In this document: in pieces, positions 1 through 8,395 of the stretch
Layout of the letters: each line of letters begins with the position of its first letter
Position numbering within the stretch: position 1 is the first letter of the stretch
Assembly: GCA_038318015.1 (NCBI GenBank)
Contig: JBBQBU010000001.1
Span: forward strand, 1-45,277
Reading direction: 5' to 3'
Source of the DNA: Chloroflexota bacterium
GTDB taxonomy: Bacteria > Chloroflexota > UBA6077 > JACCZL01
DNA length: 45,277 nucleotides
Translations under genes and position numbers: made by a program
The notes under the pieces: model-generated
Databases searched by the model: none
Told to the model about the DNA's origin: nothing
What the model saw: only the letters and a program-made list of their open reading frames with translations

Positions 1-63
1 ATCACCAGGCCCGCTTTGACATCCGCCGACACGAACATCCGAAAGCTGATGATTGATGCCTGA
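1..63 (+). CDS. 3' end of an unidentified upstream gene (partial)
   Basis: Frame 1 is open from the window edge to TGA at 61-63 and has GC-rich third positions. Its stop overlaps the trxB ATG (ATGCCTGA), a typical coupled junction. Too short to name. Confidence 0.3.
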   Translation: MTRPALTSADTNIRKLMIDA

Positions 64-991
64 CTACGACATCGTCGTCGTTGGCGGCGGCATGGCCGCG
101 CTGACGGCGGGCCTGTTTGCGGCGCGCGCCGGACGCTCGACCCTGGTGCTTGAGCCGGCGATGCCGGGCGGCCACCTGACCACCATCCAGAAGATCGAGG
201 ACTTCCCCGGCTTCCCAGATGGCGTCTCCGGCTACGAACTGGGGCCGAACGCGCAGATGCAGGCCATGAACAACGGGGCCGACTTCGCGATGGCCGAAGT
301 TGAGGCGCTGACGGAGCACGATGGTGGCTGGCTGGTCCAGACCACTGACGGCGAGCATCAGGCGCGGGCCGTCATCGTGGCAGCCGGGTCGCGGGCGCGG
401 TCGCTGGGCGTGCCCGGCGAGGACCGTTTTCAGGGACTCGGCATCAGCCACTGTGCCTCGTGTGACGGCCCGCTGCACCGCGAAAATACCGTGGGCGTGG
501 TCGGCGGTGGCGACTCCGCAATCTCCGAAGCGCTCACCCTGGCCGAGTATGTCGCGAAGGTCGTCGTCTTCCACCGTGACGACACCTTCACCGCGCAGAC
601 CACCTACCTGGAGCGGGCGCGCGAGCACCGCAAGATTGAGCTTCGCACCGGTGTCATCGTCGAAGAGATCACCGGGGATAGCGTGATCTCCGGGGTGCAG
701 GTGCGGAACGCATCGTCCGGCGCAGTCGAACAGGTCGAACTGTCGTGCCTGTTCATCTACGTTGGCATCGAGCCGAATACTGGCTTCCTGGGCGGTCTGG
801 TGCCGCTCAACGCATCGGGTCACATCAGTACTGACATCTGGATGCGGACCAGCCGGCCCGGCCTCCTGGCCGCCGGCGACATCCGCGCAGACTCAGCGGC
901 CCAGGCCATCACAGCGGCCGGCGACGGCGCGACCGCTGCCATCGCCGCGCATCGGTTCTTGACAGACGGTTCTTGGGAGGGCGCCAGCTAG
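56..991 (+). CDS. trxB: thioredoxin-disulfide reductase
   Basis: N-terminal FAD fold DIVVVGGGMAALTAG, redox-active CASCDG (CxxC) motif, second dinucleotide fold GVVGGGDSAISEA, and a length of about 310 aa. ATG at 56 is preferred over the in-frame TTG at 53. Confidence 0.9.
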   Translation: MPDYDIVVVGGGMAALTAGLFAARAGRSTLVLEPAMPGGHLTTIQKIEDFPGFPDGVSGYELGPNAQMQAMNNGADFAMAEVEALTEHDGGWLVQTTDGEHQARAVIVAAGSRARSLGVPGEDRFQGLGISHCASCDGPLHRENTVGVVGGGDSAISEALTLAEYVAKVVVFHRDDTFTAQTTYLERAREHRKIELRTGVIVEEITGDSVISGVQVRNASSGAVEQVELSCLFIYVGIEPNTGFLGGLVPLNASGHISTDIWMRTSRPGLLAAGDIRADSAAQAITAAGDGATAAIAAHRFLTDGSWEGAS

Positions 992-1069
992 CCCGCACGT
1001 ACGCATTGAAGCGCCGAATATCGCCCGGCCACTGACGGCTGGGCGTCGCGTGGAAACTTGGGAGGGAAC

Positions 1070-2815
1070 ATGGATCGTTTCCTGGACGGCTCGCGAATTG
1101 GGCGTCGACGCCTGATTGCCATCCTCAGCGGCAGCGCCGGCATGGCCTTACTCGCAGCCTGCGCGCGGCGCGACACGCCCGCGCCGGCTCAGTCGGCACC
1201 GGCGCAGCCCACGGCGGCGGCAGCCAAGCCGGCCGAGGCCGCGAAGCCTGCCGAAGCAGCCAAGCCGGCCGCCGCGGCTCAGGCTGCCGCGCCCGCGAAG
1301 CCCGCCGAAGCACCAAAGCCTGCGGCAGGCACGCCAAAGCGCGGCGGCACCATCGTTGCGGCAGCCCAGAACGACTGGTTGACGTTTGACACCGCCCTCA
1401 ACTCCGCTTCAGAGCAGACCCATTTTCAGGTCTACGACCCGCTGTTCTTCTTCGAACGGAATGAGAGGAATTCGTGGGAGTACACGCCGGGCCTGGTCGA
1501 GAAGTGGGAGCTGAAGGAAAAGGAAGCGATCTTCAACCTGCGCAAGGGTGTCAAGTTCCACGATGGCAGCGACTGGAACGCCGAGGTGCTCGCCTGGAAC
1601 ATCGACCGTTGGATCAACGATCCCAAGTCGGTCGCCAAGGGACTGATGGGCGGCATTGACCCGAAGTCCCCGACGACCATCGTTGATCCGGCCACCATCA
1701 AGATTAACCTGACCGGGCCGACCCCAACGCTGCTGAGCCAGTTCAACGACCCGAACACCTACCCCATGTCGAAGGTGGCCTTCGAGAAGATGGGGCCAGA
1801 GGCAGCCGGCCAGAATCCCGTGGGCACCGGGCCATTCAAGTTCGTTGAGTGGAAGAAGAACGACCGCGTCATCATCGCCCGAAACGAAAACTACTGGATG
1901 AAGGACGCCGCTGGTCAGCAACTCCCCTATCTCGATGGGATCACCTACCGCCTCATCATCGACGACTCCGTGCGCCTCCTTGAACTGAAGGCCGGCAGCG
2001 TCGATTTCACCGACCTCATCCAGGGTAAGGACGTTGCCGACACGAAAGCCGATCCAAAGCTTCAGTACGTCGAGGCAGATTGGGTCGGCAACTGCTACCG
2101 CCTGATCTTCAACGCGCAGGGCGGCAAGTTCTACAACAATGTGAAGCTTCGTCAGGCTGCGCTGTACGCCATCAACCGCGAGGCATTGGCGAAGGCGCTT
2201 GGCGGCGGCATCGGCCAGGGGGAGAAGTACTTCCCGCGCCCGGGTGCCATCGGCTACGATGACACGTTGCCGTACTACTGGTACGACCCCGAGAAGGCGA
2301 AAGCGCTGGTCAAGGAAGCGGGCTTCCCAGACGGCATTGACGTCGAGTTGCTGGTGATCGCGCGGGCCATCGACAAGTTGCAGGCCGAAATGCTGAAGTC
2401 GATGTTCGATGCCGTCGGCATTCGGACGACGGTCGAGTCACTTGAACGAGTAGCTCTGAACCAGCGCCTTCTCACTGGAGGTGCGCCATTCGACCTGACC
2501 ACCACACGTGGTGCAGGCAGCGCCGGCGACCCTGACCTTGAGTTCCGCAGCCATTTCTGGTCGAACGGTTCGTTCGCAAAGGCCCGCCTGAAGGATCCGG
2601 AGATCGACGAGGCGATTCTCGCCGCGTCCGGCACCTACGACATGGCGAAGCGGGTCGAAGGGTACAAGAATCTCCAGACGATCCTGTACGACAAGGCCGT
2701 CTACGGCTACATGTGGACGCAGAACTGGAACTGGGTCAACAACAAGCGGCTCCAGGGAGTGCCCCCGGGTATTGAACAGCTCTGGGACTTCCGGAAGGCC
2801 TACATCAACGGCTAG
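1070..2815 (+). CDS. ABC transporter substrate-binding lipoprotein, peptide/nickel (family 5, DppA/OppA-like)
   Basis: GGGAGGG Shine-Dalgarno at 1060-1066 sits just upstream of ATG 1070, and the track TTG at 1058 overlaps it. Twin-arginine-like GRRRLIA signal with an LLAAC lipobox, followed by an Ala/Pro/Lys linker. The body resembles SBP family 5 and the gene lies upstream of two DppB/C-type permeases. Confidence 0.85.
   Translation: MDRFLDGSRIGRRRLIAILSGSAGMALLAACARRDTPAPAQSAPAQPTAAAAKPAEAAKPAEAAKPAAAAQAAAPAKPAEAPKPAAGTPKRGGTIVAAAQNDWLTFDTALNSASEQTHFQVYDPLFFFERNERNSWEYTPGLVEKWELKEKEAIFNLRKGVKFHDGSDWNAEVLAWNIDRWINDPKSVAKGLMGGIDPKSPTTIVDPATIKINLTGPTPTLLSQFNDPNTYPMSKVAFEKMGPEAAGQNPVGTGPFKFVEWKKNDRVIIARNENYWMKDAAGQQLPYLDGITYRLIIDDSVRLLELKAGSVDFTDLIQGKDVADTKADPKLQYVEADWVGNCYRLIFNAQGGKFYNNVKLRQAALYAINREALAKALGGGIGQGEKYFPRPGAIGYDDTLPYYWYDPEKAKALVKEAGFPDGIDVELLVIARAIDKLQAEMLKSMFDAVGIRTTVESLERVALNQRLLTGGAPFDLTTTRGAGSAGDPDLEFRSHFWSNGSFAKARLKDPEIDEAILAASGTYDMAKRVEGYKNLQTILYDKAVYGYMWTQNWNWVNNKRLQGVPPGIEQLWDFRKAYING
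1178..1330 (+). repeat. low-complexity tandem AKPAE/AAKPA-coding linker inside the SBP gene
   Basis: Translation is PAPAQSAPAQPTAAAAKPAEAAKPAEAAKPAAAAQAAAPAKPAEAPKPAAG, with repeated GCCAAGCCGGCCGA(G/A)GC units visible in the DNA. Confidence 0.8.
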
Positions 2816-2867
2816 CGGTCATTGACCCGCGCGGCGGCCCCGTCGCTGCCGCACAGATTCGACTGAT

Positions 2868-2913
2868 GGCATCGGTTGAGAAGCATCCCGCACGGATCCC
2901 CTCAGCCGATGCC
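2868..2913 (+). other. intercistronic stem-loop between the SBP and permease genes
   Basis: GGCATCGG (2868-2875) pairs with CCGATGCC (2906-2913), extended by TGAG/CTCA (2877-2880 with 2901-2904). No U-tract follows. It may act as an mRNA-stability or attenuation element, as is common between SBP and permease cistrons. Confidence 0.3.
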
Positions 2914-2977
2914 GACAGGTCGCACTCCTGGCGATTCACGTCATTCTCGACGCTCCCACACCCATCGGAGGGGCTGG

Positions 2978-3934
2978 ATGTCCCAATTCGTCGCGCGGCG
3001 CTTAATCTCGATGGTGCCGCTCTTGATCCTGATCAGCATGATTGCCTTCTCGCTGATTTTGCTGCTGCCGGGTGATCCGGCATTGGCAATCCTCGGTGAG
3101 GAGCGCGCGAACGCAAACAATAAGGCAGCCTACTACGCGCTGAGGCAGGAGCTGGGGCTCGATGACTCGATCCCCGTCCAATACTTCCGATGGGCCGCGC
3201 GCGCAGTACGCGGCGATTTCGGTGTGTCCATCCGAAACCAGACACCAATCATCGGGACGATTGGCACACACATCATTCCGACGATGCAGCTCGCCGTGAT
3301 GGGAGCCATCATCTCGTTGCTGGTAGCGCTGCCGGCCGGGATCATCTCTGCCCTCCGGCCGAACTCGGTGGCAGACGCTGGGGCCACACTGGCAGCCCTC
3401 AGTGGCGTGGCCATCCCCAACTTCTTTCTGGGCATCCTGCTCATTTACGCCTTTGCCGTCTGGCTCCGCATCCTTCCGCCGTCCGGGTACATCGCCCCAT
3501 GGGAGAATCTCGGCCAGAACCTACAATTGATGATCATGCCGGCGCTGACCGTCGGCACCGGCCTCGCAGCCATCCTCATGCGACAGGTCCGATCGGCGCT
3601 CATTGAGGTGCTCCAGCAGGAGTACATCATCACGGCCCGATCAAAAGGGCTGAGCGAGCGTGTGGTCGTGATCGGGCACGCGCTCAAGAACGCCGCGATT
3701 CCAGTTGTCACCATCATGGGGCAGCAGGTGGGCACCCTCATCGGCGGCGCGGTTGTGACGGAGACGATCTTCTCGATCCCTGGCATGGGCCGGTTGATCG
3801 TTGAGTCAATCTCCTTCCGTGACTTTCCGGTTGTCCAGGCGGGTGTCCTGGTGCTTTCGATATCCGTACTGGCCGCCAACCTGGCGACCGACATCGCCTA
3901 CGGGTTTCTCGACCCAAGGATTCGGCACGACTGA
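2978..3934 (+). CDS. ABC transporter permease (DppB/OppB-like)
   Basis: ATG at 2978 is preceded by GGAGGGG at 2967-2973. The N-terminus MSQFVARRLISMVPLL is typical of DppB. Multiple TM segments and a BPD_transp_1-like core (ARSKGLSERVVVIGHALKNA). Confidence 0.9.
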   Translation: MSQFVARRLISMVPLLILISMIAFSLILLLPGDPALAILGEERANANNKAAYYALRQELGLDDSIPVQYFRWAARAVRGDFGVSIRNQTPIIGTIGTHIIPTMQLAVMGAIISLLVALPAGIISALRPNSVADAGATLAALSGVAIPNFFLGILLIYAFAVWLRILPPSGYIAPWENLGQNLQLMIMPALTVGTGLAAILMRQVRSALIEVLQQEYIITARSKGLSERVVVIGHALKNAAIPVVTIMGQQVGTLIGGAVVTETIFSIPGMGRLIVESISFRDFPVVQAGVLVLSISVLAANLATDIAYGFLDPRIRHD

Positions 3935-4845
3935 TGATTGCACGACCTACCGATGCTGACGGTCCCAATACGCGTGTGAATGCTGTTGCCGTGGCACCCC
4001 CGCGTCGCAACCTGATTGACTGGCGCAGGCTCTCGCCGCGCATCTGGATCGGTCTTGGCGTCGTCGGAGCGATGCTCTTCCTGGCGGCAACGGCGGACTT
4101 CTTGACGCCATACGACCCGAACTTCCAGGACTACAATCAGCTACTCCAGGCACCGAGTGCCGACCATCCATTTGGTACCGATCAGGTCGGCCGGGACGTG
4201 TACTCGCGCGTCATTTATGGAACGCGAATTTCGCTTCTCGTCGGCGTGATCGCCGTCGGCATTGGCATGACGGTTGGCGTCCTGATCGGTCTGACGGCCG
4301 GCATGTATCGCGGTTGGCCCGACGAGATCCTGATGCGCATCATGGATGCGATTCATTCCTTCCCGGCCCTGGTGCTCGCCCTGGCGATCACGGCGGCGCT
4401 CGGGGCCAACATCGTCAACATCATGATCGCTATTGGCATCGTCTACATGCCGTCTTACGCGCGCCTCGTGCGTGGGCAGGTGCTCTCCGTCCGCGAACGC
4501 GATTTCGTGGTGGCTGCGCAGATTCTTGGTGCCAGCGTGCCACGGCTGATGTTCCGACACATCTGGCCGAACGTGACCGCGCCGATCATCGTGCAGGCGT
4601 CGCTGAACGTCAGCACGGCGATCCTAACCGAAGCATCGTTGAGCTTCCTCGGCCTCGGCGTCCGTCCACCGACGCCAAGCTGGGGATCCAGCCTCCAGGC
4701 GGGCTACCAGTATTTGAGCACGGCCCCCTGGCTGTCGATCTATCCGGGCATCGCCATCTTCGTGGCGGTGCTGGCGTTCAACCTGTTCGGCGACGGCCTG
4801 CGCCAGTTGCTCGACCCACGGCTGCGGGGACGCGGACAGGCGTAG
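3934..4845 (+). CDS. ABC transporter permease (DppC/OppC-like)
   Basis: ATGA start/stop overlap with the upstream permease. Carries HPFGTDQVGRDVYSRVIYG, the OppC N-terminal signature, plus a TM-rich body. Confidence 0.9.
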   Translation: MIARPTDADGPNTRVNAVAVAPPRRNLIDWRRLSPRIWIGLGVVGAMLFLAATADFLTPYDPNFQDYNQLLQAPSADHPFGTDQVGRDVYSRVIYGTRISLLVGVIAVGIGMTVGVLIGLTAGMYRGWPDEILMRIMDAIHSFPALVLALAITAALGANIVNIMIAIGIVYMPSYARLVRGQVLSVRERDFVVAAQILGASVPRLMFRHIWPNVTAPIIVQASLNVSTAILTEASLSFLGLGVRPPTPSWGSSLQAGYQYLSTAPWLSIYPGIAIFVAVLAFNLFGDGLRQLLDPRLRGRGQA

Positions 4846-5463
4846 TGACGAGGCAACCCATCATCTGGGCGACAAAAACGGACAGTGCAGCCTGCGGCGA
4901 AGGTGACGGCAACCGCGTCACTCGCGCGGCATCGCTGTGCGTCCCGTTGCCGCCAGCACCTGACCGCACTCGCGCGATCGTCAGGCACACCGGTCGGTAC
5001 TCACTTCTCCTTCATTCGGCCAGGAAGGGATGGATCGTGACACAGCCGCTCGTGCGTTGGACATGAGTGGCTGAGGCGCAGGTGCGGCCAACACAGGTCG
5101 TGCGTCACCAAGCACCTGCCATCCCTCGCCCTGGCATATCCGCCTGTTGATGCCGTGAAATGTATCGGGCACGGGTCCGTCGGTGTAGACGGAAACCTGT
5201 TCAGGAGCGCCCGATGTCACTGTCACGATGATCATTCATCTCGGCCGGCCTCGTGGGCATGGCCGCTGCCATCGACTACGACGAGGCCCGTTCGGAGGCG
5301 CATCGCGTTGGCCGTCCACAGCGCCGGCATCCTCGGCAAGCCGTACGCCGAATTGCTGGAGTCGGTCGATCAGCGCATCGTCGAGGTGGCGCGCGTGACC
5401 GGCGCCGGCGAGACGGTCCGGCCTCGTGGACCGGGCACCGGCGTTCTTCGGGCGGGCAAACGG

Positions 5464-5913
5464 CTAGGACGAGGTAGTCGGGCGGGGCCGCGATCGGTCG
5501 TCGGCGTCCGAAGCGGCCCCCTCGCTGGCCTGCGCTTCGGCGTCGGTCCACTCGCGGCCCCAGCCGGTCACGCGGTGCATCTCGTCGGCGGTGTGCTGGG
5601 TGAACTCGATCACCACGTGCTCGGGCGCGATGCCAACCTCGGCAGCGGCCAACGCCCGGAGCGCTTCAGCCAGGCGGGCGCGCTGCTCGGGAGGCCGCCC
5701 GCGCCGAATGTCGCACATCACGATCAGCCCGGGCACGAGTTCGCCATCCACGAGATGCCAGAGGTTCTCAGCGCCAAGCTCGCGGAAGCCCACGTTCACC
5801 ATCGCAGGGGCCGTCTGCATGATCTCGGCATACTGGGTGATGGCCGCGAGTGCCACCTGGCGCTTCGTCGCCACGGTCAACTGGGCGGCCACGTCAAATT
5901 GCAGATACGGCAT
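5464..5913 (-). CDS. tautomerase superfamily protein (cis-CaaD/Tautomerase_3-like, Pro-1)
   Basis: Start MPYLQFD gives an N-terminal Pro after Met removal. GAGGGTGGG Shine-Dalgarno lies directly upstream on the minus strand. The 149 aa show two beta-alpha-beta-like halves. The 21 extra N-terminal codons of the track ORF were trimmed. Confidence 0.55.
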   Translation of the reverse strand: MPYLQFDVAAQLTVATKRQVALAAITQYAEIMQTAPAMVNVGFRELGAENLWHLVDGELVPGLIVMCDIRRGRPPEQRARLAEALRALAAAEVGIAPEHVVIEFTQHTADEMHRVTGWGREWTDAEAQASEGAASDADDRSRPRPTTSS

Positions 5914-6304
5914 CCCACCCTCACTGGCGCAGGCGCAGGCGCACTTCGGTCGCTCCGTCAGGCCAGTGCGCCACATGCAACGATGCTACACCATCGGCCC
6001 GCCGGCGGCGTCTGTCGGAGCCTATCCGCACCTGGACGGCGGCGAGCGGGTATCCTCCTGAGAGGAGAGCGGTTCGGGGAGCCGTGCACGGGAGCGCGCA
6101 CAGGTACGTAGAGACAACCTGACGCCCGCGCCTCACCGAGAGGCCTGCACCGCAAGGCCAGACCCTGCCGCGCATGTCACGACGACCCTGTCTGTACGTG
6201 CATGGGGTCCGTCGTGGACGTTGTCAGCGCGGTCATTCCTGGCGCGATCCTTGCAATAGCGAGGGCGTTCGGCCACCGCCTTTCTGTTCGGCTGCCGAAC
6301 ACCG

Positions 6305-8347
6305 GTGCATGCTGACTATGCACGGATGCACCGCCGACGATCCCGTGGAGCCATGCTTGCGAGACGAGAGTACCGACGCACCCTGCCTGGGCGCGCCGTG
6401 ACCACACCTGCCATATCCCGCAGACTGCCAGTCGGAGCAGAAGCGCAGCCGGACGGTGGCGCGCACTTTCGCGTCTGGGCACCGAAGCGTACGCGCGTTC
6501 GTGCCGTGCTGGAAACGAGTGCCAGCGCGCCGGTATCGGTCGCGCTAGATGCCGAACCACACGGCTACTTCTCAGGCAGCGTGCCCGAGGCGCGCGTCGG
6601 CCAGCGGTACCGTTACCAGCTTGACGACGACACGACGCTCTACCCTGACCCGGTATCCCGGTTCCAGCCGGACGGCCCGCACGGTCCCTCTGAGATCGTG
6701 GATCCCGCTGCCTTTCGCTGGACTGACAGCGACTGGACCGGCGCGCCGCCCACCGGGCAGGTCATGTACGAATTGCATGTCGGTACCTTCACCCCCGAAG
6801 GCACCTGGGACGGGGCCATCCGCAGACTGCCCGACCTGGCGACGCTCGGCGTTACCTGCCTGGAGATCATGCCGGTGGCGGACTTCCCCGGCCGCTTCGG
6901 CTGGGGCTACGACGGTGTCAACCTGTTCGCACCGACGCGCCTGTACGGCCAGCCCGACGACTTCCGCCGGTTCGTAGACGTAGCGCACGCGCACGGCCTC
7001 GCCGTCATCCTCGACGTGGTTTACAACCACGTCGGGCCAGACGGCAACTACCTGGGGAGCTTCTCGGACGGCTACGTCACCGACCGGTACTTGAACGAGT
7101 GGGGCGAGGCGCTGAACTTCGACGGGCCAGACGCCGGGCCGTCACGCGAGTTCTTTATCGCCAACGCCGGCTACTGGATCGACGAGTACCACCTTGACGG
7201 CCTGCGCCTGGACGCCACCCAGCAGATCTTCGACAGTTCCGAGCCGCACATGCTGACCGAGATTGGCCTGAAGGTGCGCGAGATGGCGCGCGGTCGGGCC
7301 ACCATCATCACCGCCGAGAATGAGCGCCAGCACACGCGCCTCGTGCGGCCCATTGAGCGCGGCGGCTACGGCCTGGACGCCCTCTGGAACGATGACTTCC
7401 ACCACAGCGCAATGGTTGCCCTAACTGGTCGCAATGAAGCCTACTACACCGACTATCACGGGACGCCCCAGGAGTTCATCAGCGCCGTCAAGTACGGCTA
7501 TCTGTACCAGGGTCAGCGGTACTCCTGGCAGAAGGCGCGGCGCGGCGCCCCCGCATTCGACCTGGAGCCGTCAGCCTTCGTCACGTTCATTCAGAACCAT
7601 GACCAGGTTGCCAACACCGCGCGCGGCCAACGCGTCCACGCCCAGACCAGCCCTGGCCGCTTCCGAGCCATGACGGCGCTACTGCTCCTCGCACCCGGCA
7701 CGCCGATGCTGTTTCAGGGGCAGGAGTTCGCGTCGTCCGCGCCGTTCTTTTACTTCTGCGACCACGTGCCGGAACTGGCCGAGCAGGTGCAAGCGGGTCG
7801 CAAGGAGTTCCTGACCCAGTTCCCAACCATCACCGAGTTTATGGAAGACGCGCCCGGCAGCGTCTCGCGGCTGGCCGACCCCGCTAGCCGTGACACCTTC
7901 GAACGGTGCAAACTGGACTGGTCGGAGCGCGAGCAGCACGCCGAAATCTATCAACTTCACCGTGACTTGCTCACGCTTCGGCGGGAGAACCCGGTGTTCG
8001 GGGCTGCGCAGCGCGGCAGTGTGGACGGCAGCACGCTCGGTGCGGAGGCGTTCGTGCTGCGGTTCTTCGCCCGTGACGACGGCACTGCGGGCGACCGCCT
8101 GCTGATCGTCAATCTCGGGCGTGACCTCAACCCTGAGATCGTCCCCGACCCGTTGCTGGCCCCACCTGACGGCTGCGCCTGGTCCGTCGAACTATCCACC
8201 GAGGCCGCGCGGTACGGCGGCAGCGGAACCGGCCCGGTCGAGCAGGACGACGGTTGGCGCATCCCCGGCCACGCCGCAGTAGTGCTGCGGCCGGTCCCCC
8301 GAGTTCCTGCCTCTGCAGCACCAGAGCTATCGTCGCCAGCATTTTGA
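6305..8347 (+). CDS. treZ: malto-oligosyltrehalose trehalohydrolase (GH13)
   Basis: GAHFRVWAP N-terminal motif and GH13 regions (YELHVGTFT, GWGYDGV, ILDVVYNHVGPDGNY, GLRLDA, TAENE, NHDQ). The start is uncertain; in-frame alternatives are ATG 6353 and GTG 6398. Confidence 0.85.
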   Translation: MHADYARMHRRRSRGAMLARREYRRTLPGRAVTTPAISRRLPVGAEAQPDGGAHFRVWAPKRTRVRAVLETSASAPVSVALDAEPHGYFSGSVPEARVGQRYRYQLDDDTTLYPDPVSRFQPDGPHGPSEIVDPAAFRWTDSDWTGAPPTGQVMYELHVGTFTPEGTWDGAIRRLPDLATLGVTCLEIMPVADFPGRFGWGYDGVNLFAPTRLYGQPDDFRRFVDVAHAHGLAVILDVVYNHVGPDGNYLGSFSDGYVTDRYLNEWGEALNFDGPDAGPSREFFIANAGYWIDEYHLDGLRLDATQQIFDSSEPHMLTEIGLKVREMARGRATIITAENERQHTRLVRPIERGGYGLDALWNDDFHHSAMVALTGRNEAYYTDYHGTPQEFISAVKYGYLYQGQRYSWQKARRGAPAFDLEPSAFVTFIQNHDQVANTARGQRVHAQTSPGRFRAMTALLLLAPGTPMLFQGQEFASSAPFFYFCDHVPELAEQVQAGRKEFLTQFPTITEFMEDAPGSVSRLADPASRDTFERCKLDWSEREQHAEIYQLHRDLLTLRRENPVFGAAQRGSVDGSTLGAEAFVLRFFARDDGTAGDRLLIVNLGRDLNPEIVPDPLLAPPDGCAWSVELSTEAARYGGSGTGPVEQDDGWRIPGHAAVVLRPVPRVPASAAPELSSPAF

Positions 8348-8395
8348 ACGATCGGAAACCTAGCCCATGATCTTGCAACTGCGTGGTGAATCCCG

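Noticed and set aside
2-823. 273-aa minus-strand ORF opposite trxB. Similar long antisense ORFs include 14075..15049, 5155..6111, 21388..22104, 29462..30724, 31698..32639, 33423..34400, 36196..36981 and 39386..40732.
   Set aside because: All lie antisense to genes with clear family motifs. Their translations are Arg/Gly/Pro/His-rich with no recognisable domains. Stop-poor antisense frames are expected in high-GC DNA.
1178-1330. Short tandem repeats (the AKPAE-coding units) considered as a CRISPR or VNTR-like array.
   Set aside because: They are in frame inside the SBP gene and encode an Ala/Pro/Lys linker after the lipobox. There is no spacer/repeat architecture.
4981-5235. 84-aa minus-strand ORF (MIIVTVTSGAPEQVSVYTDGPVPDTFHG...).
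   Set aside because: Weak SD and mediocre codon bias, and the C-terminal half looks non-protein-like. It may be a remnant, so it is not annotated as a gene.
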